Source of the DNA: Octopus vulgaris
Lineage: Eukaryota
Length of the DNA stretch: 64,000 nt
Assembly (NCBI GenBank): GCA_951406725.2
Contig: OX597815.1
Location: 60,512,001-60,576,000, forward strand
Reading direction: 5' to 3'
Position numbers and translations under genes: made by a program. Of this stretch, positions 55,422 through 64,000 are shown piece after piece. The first letter of the stretch is position 1. Each line of letters begins with the position of its first letter. The notes under the pieces were generated by a model that made no database searches, was not told the origin of the DNA, and worked only from the letters and a program-made list of their open reading frames with translations.

Positions 55422-57092
55422 TCATCATCATCATTGTTCGACCGTGGTCGAGACAATGGAATTTACTATGTTACGCCAGACTTCACGGTCCATCATAGCA
55501 TTACGGAGGTCCTGTTGCTGGATGCTTGTATCTCTGGAGATTACATCAGGGTAGGAGAGTGTGCGCCCTCTGGTATCGCGAGCAGATGGCTTTCAGAGGA
55601 GAAGAGTAGAAATCACCTCGTTTTCAGCTCTACAGCAATGTCCAGCAAACTGGACTCTTCTACCTTTCACAAGAGATGATACAGGTGGTAGTTTCTCATA
55701 TATTTGTACTTTGGTTGGATGACGCTTCCATGAGAGATTTTGAGCTCTCATAAGGAGGCGAGTGTCTATTCCATCTAACCACCTTTCAAGCTTCTTTGAT
55801 AACGTCCAGGTTTCTGAGCCATATAGTAGAATTGGTTCGACTGTGGCTTTGAAGATTTTTAAGTTTGACATCTCTACTTAGATTTGATGACTAGATCTTA
55901 TGCATATCATTACAGGCTGACCAGGCCATACCCTTTCTAGTTAGAAAATCTTTTTCAGATGATGATATGTATGACCCAAGATATTTGTAATCAGAAACCA
56001 TATTTAAGGGGGTATTGTTGAGAGTATGGATGATGAAATCACTGTTGGACAGGCACTTGTTTATATATTCAGTCTTGGTAAAGACCTACACAATTTGAGG
56101 CTTGTTCAAGAGATTATAAAAGAGACTGGGCATTGGAGAGAGAATCACTGATAAGAGCGATGTCATCAGCAAAGTCAGTGTCTGTTAAGTATCCAGCTGG
56201 GTGTCTGGAACTTCTAGGTTTTATTTCAAAGATGAAGAGAAATGGGGCGAGTGTGTCTCCTTGCAGTATTCCGGCTTTGATTGAGAAAGATGATGTTTCC
56301 CCATCAGGGGTTAAGATGGTTGAAGACGTATCTGTGTAGAAGACCTTGATGGCAGAAATGATTTTGTCATGAATCGCATAGAGCTTAAGGATTTCAAACA
56401 TCTTGTACCTATCTACAGAGTCGAACGCTTTAGAAAAGTCTACAAACACCATTGCAAGATCGCGATTAAATTCTTTCGATTCTTCAATAAGTCTGCGTAG
56501 GCATAGTATTTGGCTCAACGTTGAGCGCCCATGTCTGAATCCATTTTGGTTCTTTCAGAGCAAAGGTTCAACAAAAGGGACGAGACGGTTTAGAATCAGT
56601 TTGTTGTACAATTTTGCCGCAATTGACATTAGAGATATACCCCTGTAGTTGGTGACGAGGGATAAATCGCCTTTTTTGAGTATTGGGATGATTTGAGCTT
56701 GGTGCCAAATCTTTGGAGCTATAAAAGTGGAAAGTGTGTGATCGCAAAGATTGAGCAAAAGTACGTGAAATCTATCATCCTTCCAAATTATAGCTGGGAT
56801 GTTGTTGGGACCAAATGCTTTCGAGGCTTTCAGTTGTTTAGTGGCTGCTGTTAGTTCAAATAAGGTAAAAAGGGAGGTGTTGATGTCCAGCGTATTTGAT
56901 ATAGGCACACTTGGAAGAGTGGGGTTATCAGGGATTTTGGCATTCTTTCCAAGTAGGTTTTTAAAATGAATTGACCAATTTTCTAAACGCTTCTTAGATG
57001 ATCCCCCTTTGATTCTAATTGATGACCCAGAATTTTTACCTGATAGGTCTTTGATGGATTTCCAGGCAAGATGGTGCTTTTTACTAATGTGC
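55422..57092 (-). mobile_element. RTE-clade LINE, 5'-truncated RT pseudogene
   Basis: NYRGISLMSIAAKLYNK, FVDFSKAFDSV, GILQGDTLAPFLF, DFADDIAL, LLYGSETWTL; (GAT)n 3' tail. Confidence 0.93.
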
Positions 57093-57140
57093 TCTCAATA
57101 GTTGTAGAAAATAGAGGAAGTTAGAAAGGTATGTGTGTGT

Positions 57141-57218
<78 letters not shown>

Positions 57219-58060
57219 AGAGAGAGAGAGAGAAGGGGAAAAGCACAATCTTAAGAATTCTCACAAGATTTCAAGAACAAATATAATCGTATGGGTTATT
57301 CTTTAAAATACATGTTCTGTTGGAAAAGAAGAAAAAATTGAAAATTGATTCATCTTGCACCATCTTGTACAGAGGTTGTCTACAGCTGGCATCTGTCTGG
57401 TTTATTTTTAGACTTGCAGTTGTCAAAGTAGATAAAACTGTTTGGTAATGTTCGTCTCACAGATATATATTGTGTTTTTAACACAATATGTCTACGAAGA
57501 GGCTTTATCCCACTTAAAAACAGCATCGTGCTTTCAGATGATGTACATATGTTAAATATGGCACGCAAATAAATGTATATATGTATATATTTATGTATAT
57601 ATTTATATATAAATGTATATATGTATATATTTTGGCGTATATCGCAGAGTGCAATGCGCGTATTAAATGATATTTGTAAAAATAATTTAAATTAACTGCA
57701 ATTGGGACAACTGCAATACTAAACGTTTTGAGGAGAAAATGGCTGAGAAAGAGAAAGAGAGGAAAGGGAGAGAGAAAGAAAGAGAGAGAGAGGGAGAAAG
57801 AAAGAGAGAAAGAAAGAAAGAGAAAGAGAGAGAAAGAGAGAGAGAGAAATGAGAGAGAAAGAAAGTGAGAGAGAGAAATGAAGTGAAGTTATAGTATTGA
57901 AAGTACACTTCGAGGGGAAAAACTTTTCGATACTTGATCCAGAAACTAATAGATAAGAACTCACACAAATACATTTGTACCCAGACATGAGAACGTGCTT
58001 ACGTCCCTTACTTCCACACCTCCGTATATGTATGTCTGTTAATATGAGCATAGGTACACA

Positions 58061-58168
58061 AGGCGGCATGCTGGCAGAAACGTTAGCACGCCGGGCAAAC
58101 TACCTATCGGCATTTCTTGTGATTGTACGTTTTGATTCAAAATTTCTTCGGGGTCGACTTTGTCTTTC
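58061..58168 (+). mobile_element. Nin-type SINE 5' fragment
   Basis: ggcggcatgctggcagaaacgttagcacgccgggc...gggtcgactttg. Confidence 0.75.
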
Positions 58169-59361
58169 GTATATATTGTAATTAATCTATCTGCTTCGCT
58201 GAAAGGTATGATTTCTTTTTGAGAGAGGGAAAGAAAATCTGTTCAAAGACGAGGAAAACAAGCATCGTCCCTGTTGTGACTTATCAGAAAGCCCAGCGTT
58301 TAGCTTTCACTCGCAATTCAATACGACCTGATCAATTGCACTATACTTTAGCGAGTTGTCCTCGATGTCTGTGTAGTTGGAAGACGCAATCTAGATGTTC
58401 TACAGGATTGAGAAGTGTCTGTCTCTGCTGGCGACTATATAGGTACCTAAAACAATTAACGAACGTATATTATATGTTTTGTGTTCGCGCCAACTCTTAA
58501 AGAAAACTGAAGATTTGGCTCCAAAGAAGATGCCCTCTTCTATCATTCCTATTTGCTGTAAAGTGACACATTTTTCTACATTCACACCTTCCTCATCAAA
58601 CTGATGATGTCTGGTGGCGGGTTTGGTGTAGAAAACACTCCTCGTCAGCTTTTTCAACTTTGTCACTATACTATCTCTCACTATACTAGAGAAAAGGTGA
58701 AATGTAGTAAGAGGTAGTGGTGGCGGTGGTGGTAATAGAATGTTAGGGGGTAATGGTAGTAATCATGGTAGTAGTGGTGATGGTAGTGGTAGTGGTGGAG
58801 CTGGCGGCTGATGTGATTGATGTGGTGGTAATAATTGTGTTAGTGGAAATGATACTAACGGTGTGGTTGGTGATGTTAATATTCGCGGTGGCAATGGCGG
58901 CGGTGAGTTTATGATTGATATACTGGTCTTAACGGCGGTGGTGTTTATGATTGATATGGTGATAGTAATAGTCATGGTGATAGTGTGTTTGGTGGTGTTA
59001 TTAACGTCATCACCACCATCACCAATGATTGATGTGCTGGTGATGGTGGTGGTGTTGGTATTAGTAGTTGTGGTGGTTATCCCTTACATAGCTCTGCAGG
59101 GCTATGTCTATAATCAACGACATTCCAACCGTTGAATTACATTACCTCGTGTTCTTGTTATTTCAGCGTGGTACAGAATGAGCTGTTGGAAATTTACTTG
59201 TTATTTCTAGCAGGTTGTGTTACTAGGTAGAAAGTGTCTAGTAATAGTGGTGGTCACTGTACTGCTGCTGCTACTGCTACTGCTACTACTATTGCTGCTA
59301 CTACTGCTGCTGGTGGTACCGCTTATGATGATGACAATAACAGTGATGATCATGACTGAAC

Positions 59362-59427
<66 letters not shown>

Positions 59428-60000
59428 CAACGGCAACAGTGGTAGAGGTGTTGGTAGTGCTGTTGGTTATGCCAACAATTGTGGTGATGATGATGGCGAA
59501 TGTTTTAATGAATACTGATGGTAGGAGAGGAAGTGATAGTAGTGAGGTGGTAGCAGTAATAGTAGTTCTGGTAGTAGTGGGAGTGATGGTGTTAGTAGTG
59601 GTAGCAAAGATGGCATTGATAGCTGTGTTTGCATTAATAGTTGCCGTACTTTAAAGTTCTAATAGAATGATTGGTTGTTGTTGGCTTTTAAAAAACTTGT
59701 TGTCTTGTCATTTTCAGTGTTATTGTTGTTGTTGTTGTTGTAGTCGTTGTCATCGTCGTTGTTGTTGTTGTTAATGTTCTTGTCGTCGTCGCTGTTGTTG
59801 TTGCTAAATCACCAGTCGTCCACATTTTGCCGATGACAATTAATGTCGCTGATATCACCAAGAAACACACACAACAAACAATTCATTGATTGGTTATAGA
59901 TCTTTTTATTGGGATTTTTCGTGAGATTTCGGAAGATCAAAAAGGTTAGAGTGTCGCTGGGATGTAGTGATAAACGCCATAACCACTATCACACCTCAGC

Positions 60001-60037
<37 letters not shown>

Positions 60038-60061
60038 ATTATTATTATTATTATTATTAAA

Positions 60062-60268
60062 TCGGTGAGCTGGCAGAATTGTTAGCGTGCCGGGCAAAAT
60101 GCTTAGCGGTATTTCCTCCGCCTCTACGTTCTGAATTTAAATTCCGCCCGAAGTCGACTTTGCCTTTTTTCTTTTCGGGGTCGATTAGATAAGTACCAAT
60201 TCAGCAGTGGCGTCGATGTAATCGCCTTACCCTCTTCCTCAAACTTGCAGGCATTGTGCCAACATTTG

Positions 60269-60303
<35 letters not shown>

Positions 60304-61105
60304 GTTGTTGCTACTGTTATTGAGTTCAAATTCGGCTGAGGTCGATTTTACCTTTCATCCTTTCGGGGTCAATAAAGTACCAGTTGAGTACTGGGGTCGA
60401 TGAAATTAACTTACCCCTCCCACCAAATTTCAGGCCTTGTGCCTTTAGTAGAAAGAATTATTATTATTGGCAGTAAAGTTTATTTGCCAACAGAATGCAG
60501 AAGTCCTAAACATGATAATGTTACTGCTGTTTAGCCTCAGGAAAACAATTTTTCCAGCAGGATACCGACACAGTTTGCGTCCGTATAGCAAGAACAAGGG
60601 AGTTTATCGCTCCCATCACTAGCCTTCGTGATATTCACAGACCTAGGTTTTTGGGTTGATTCCCATCTTCAGGACGAGATAATCACAGGTTTCTTCTTCT
60701 TCTTCTTCTTCTTCTTCTTCTTTTTCTCCTTCCACCACCACCAGCACCACTAGCACCACCAGCACCACCAGCACCACCAGAACCACCAGCACCACCAGAA
60801 CCACCAGCACCACCACCACCACATCGGCCCGAGAGGATGAAAAGCAAAGTTGGCCCAATGTGCTAACGATTCTGTCAGCCCGCTGCCTTAAAGTCTTGGT
60901 TACTATTAAGCAAACATAAGGGGGGCAACTTGGCAGAATTGTTACTGCGCCGAGCAAAAAGCTTAGGGGCATTTCATTCATCTTTACGTTCTGAGTTCAA
61001 ATTCCACCAGCGTCGATTTTGAATTTAATCCTTTTGGGATCGATAAAATAAGTACCAGTTGAGTACTAGAGGCAAAATTGCTGGCCTTGTGCCAAAATTT
61101 GAAAC
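60062..61105 (+). mobile_element. Cluster of Nin-type SINE copies (60062-60270, 60320-60455, 60922-61105)
   Basis: Repeated ctggcagaattgtta...gagttcaaattc...gtcgac/gtcgat...ggggtcgat...aagtacca. Confidence 0.82.
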
Positions 61106-61281
61106 TAATGTTAATCAAACATGAAACAGCCCATTATCTCTGAAGGCCCAGTGTCGTCGCAAGAATTTTACCTTCCACCTTTGTCTCACCTTGTTGATGG
61201 ATTCGAAGAGGATCTGTAACTTCTGAGGAACACTACTACCGAAATTAAACTTCATTATGGATACCTATGTAGCTTTTAAAC

Positions 61282-61616
61282 CAGTGTTTCTCAACCACAT
61301 TTTATCTAAGGACCTCTTTGATTACCGATTAATTCTTGTGGAACCCGTAGCCATTCGGTGTTTAAAGACTAGTTTTATAGGTACTTTCAGAATTCCTATT
61401 TTCCTTTTCAATTATTCACTTGTGTAGGTACTCTCTCAGCGAACATTTTTCAGTGGCCAGAAAAACATTAGAAAAAGACTTGCAATAAATACATCTAAAG
61501 CAAAACTATTTCAGGCACCCTTTAAATACTACTGTGCATACCCAATTTACTATTTTACTTATATGGAACCCCAAAAAGCTTACGTGTTACATATGGGCCT
61601 TGGTTGAGAACCATTG
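61282..61616. mobile_element. hAT/Charlie-type MITE
   Basis: TIRs cagtgtttctcaacc / ggttgagaaccattg; imperfect 8-bp TSD ttttaaac / tttaaagc. Confidence 0.72.
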
Positions 61617-62527
61617 TTTAAAGCAAAAGACCACTTGCACATATGAGACAAACAACAAACACATTGTAGGCGATGCAAAAAGTCTAATGAAGTAATATTG
61701 GCTTGCATTGAATTGGCCTCGATTATGAAAAGAAGACATAATGTAGAAACTTTGATGGATTAAAGAATTACGACAAAAATGAAGATCAGTGAGAAAGAAA
61801 CTAAAAAACATTGAGATATTTTTTGAAGAAAGCAGTCAAAATATGGTGTGATAATGATTTGAAGGGTTGTTGCTTCATTAATACTTAATACACACACATA
61901 TATATGCATGCATACATGGATATACATACACCCATATATACAGTAACTCCTGCTTGTGCATGCATACGCATACACACGCACTCACACTGGTATATATATA
62001 TATATACTTGCATACATGCATTTGTATATGCACTCATTTAAATACCAGTGTGAGTGCGTGTGTATGCGTATGCATGCACATATATAACACCTCTACCACT
62101 GTTGCCGTTGCCACTACTATATATATATATATATACATGCATACATATACACATACATATACACACACATATACATACCCACTAACTACATATATATATA
62201 TGTATATATATTGTATTATAATATATATATGATTCATATATATGTGATATATGATATTTATATTATTTATATATTGTGTTTATATATATATACGTTCATT
62301 TCCATATATAATTATGTCTATGTATATATATATATAAATATATGTAAAATACGTTCGAGCAGACGGTACCAAATACAAGCACTCCACAGATAACCCAGCA
62401 TTAACACATAAATACATCATTAGTTTTCACAGAGCATTTTTTTCAGCGAAAATGTTCAAGAAATTTTAATAGAAATCTAGAATTGATTGAGGCTTCAAAA
62501 TTAAGTGTATACAGCGACAAAAGTGTA

Positions 62528-62583
<56 letters not shown>

Positions 62584-62597
62584 TTGTTGCTGCTGCT

Positions 62598-63144
62598 GCT
62601 TCCCTAATGCAATACCAGACACTGGCTCTCATGGCTTCTGAGCTTAACTGATTGGAAGTGCTGTCATGTACCTCGTTTTGTCTTCTATAAAAAGATGGGC
62701 TATAACAAGTATTCTGTTCAATACCACATATTTGCTTGTCAGTTGTTTGAGCATTTCCCTTGGTGGCTGACGTAATATGCATTTCTGACCACGAGCAGAG
62801 TTAGTAGGGGAGTATCATAAAGCCATGTGTTGAGAGGAATTCTTTGGTATTTGAATGAATCACCTCTGAGAACATGAGTGTTTTGTTCAACATCCTTAAA
62901 CAACCCTTATTTAGGGACTTTTTGAACGGGATAGGCAACTCGATCAAAGGAAAATTCTAAACGGACACCACCTGGAAGGTCAGGCACTTTTTATCTTGGC
63001 ATAAGATCACTATGTCACGAACATATGGTTGTGAAACATAAGCCTGGTGTACCCTTATCAGACGGGTAGTCAGGATGGCTATATTGGGTTTCGTATATTT
63101 TACCCCAGTGTTACTTTGATGGCAAGCACTGTTCTCTCACTCAA

Positions 63145-63145
<1 letters not shown>
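62598..63145 (+). repeat. Interspersed repeat between (TAC)n tracts, probably a LINE 3' region
   Basis: Complex sequence bounded by triplet microsatellites and ending ctctcactcaat; family unverified. Confidence 0.4.
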
Positions 63146-63232
<87 letters not shown>

Positions 63233-63233
<1 letters not shown>

Positions 63234-64000
63234 GAATGGATAGATTATTGGAAAGCCTATGGCATGATCCCAACGCATGGATAAGTGAATGTTTGAGTAT
63301 ATTCAGTATAGCAGACAACATGAGAGAATTAATTAGCTGTAGCATGAGGAAATGGAAAGTAGATCTCTATTCAGGTGACACAAACTTAAGGTAAGTTAAT
63401 ATCAAAAGAAAAATTTTCCAGGGGGACTCGCTGTACCCTTTAATATTTGTCTTATGTCTGATGCCCCTCATTTTAATATTAGGGAAGGCAAAGGCAGGAT
63501 ATCAGTTCAGAAATACTAAGAGAAAAATTAGCTCTACAGAGATGATCTGAAACTTTTTAGTAAGAATGAAAAAGAGATTGATCCCGTAATACAGACTGTA
63601 AAACTCTTCAGCAAAGATATAGGCATGAAATTTTACTTAGATAATTGTGCAATATTAGTCATGAAAAGGGGACAGATAATCAACAGCGAAGGCATCCAAT
63701 TACCAGATGGCTATACATTAAAATCATTGACAGGAGGAGAGGATTATAAGTATTTAGGAGTATTAGTATCTGACAGAGTACTAACTATAACAACGAAAAT
63801 GAAAATTGAGAAGGAGTACATTAAAAGGGTAAGTAAGCTAATGAAGTCAAATCTAAATGGTCCGAATCTAGTGAAGGCTGCAAATACTTGGACAGTATCA
63901 TTACTTGGATACTCAACCGCTTCTGTACATTGGACAAAAACTGAATTGGCGAAGCTAAACAGAAGAACTAGGATGGAATTCAAGAAGAATGGAGGACTCC
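63233..64000 (+). mobile_element. R4/Dong-like LINE RT (family D), decayed, runs off the window end
   Basis: Follows (AAT)n: KAYGMIP..WISECL, KIFQGDSLYPLIFVLCL, DDLKLF, FSKDIGMKF, YKYLG. Confidence 0.9.

Noticed and set aside
58330-58690. 93-aa minus-strand ORF as a gene
   Set aside because: No recognisable domain or splice context; at best a very decayed RT fragment.

Overview
AT-rich, microsatellite-dense animal DNA. Its SINE, LINE and Penelope repertoire looks like an octopod cephalopod (inference from remembered repeat families, not a database search). I cannot support any intact host protein-coding gene; most listed ORFs are translations of simple repeats. The window is a nested transposon landscape. 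It holds a 26-bp minisatellite (~1.8-8.6 kb) with several inserts, mariner and Tc1 elements, and CR1-like and RTE-like LINEs. It also has several R4/Dong-like LINEs, most of them at (TAA)n tracts, many Penelope-like element (PLE) relics, three SINE types and several foldback/MITE elements. Most notable: (1) seven hammerhead-ribozyme (HHR) motifs in PLE-type sequence, several with intact cores; (2) a tRNA-headed SINE ending in an HHR and inserted with PLE-like inverted geometry (49.0-50.25 kb); (3) a 144-nt hairpin whose mismatches are almost all tandem G.A pairs, capped by GCGAAAGC, at the end of a Crypton-like element (4.1-5.06 kb); (4) a CR1-like LINE whose 3' tail matches that of the dominant SINE. 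Coordinates were read by eye and may be off by a few bases.
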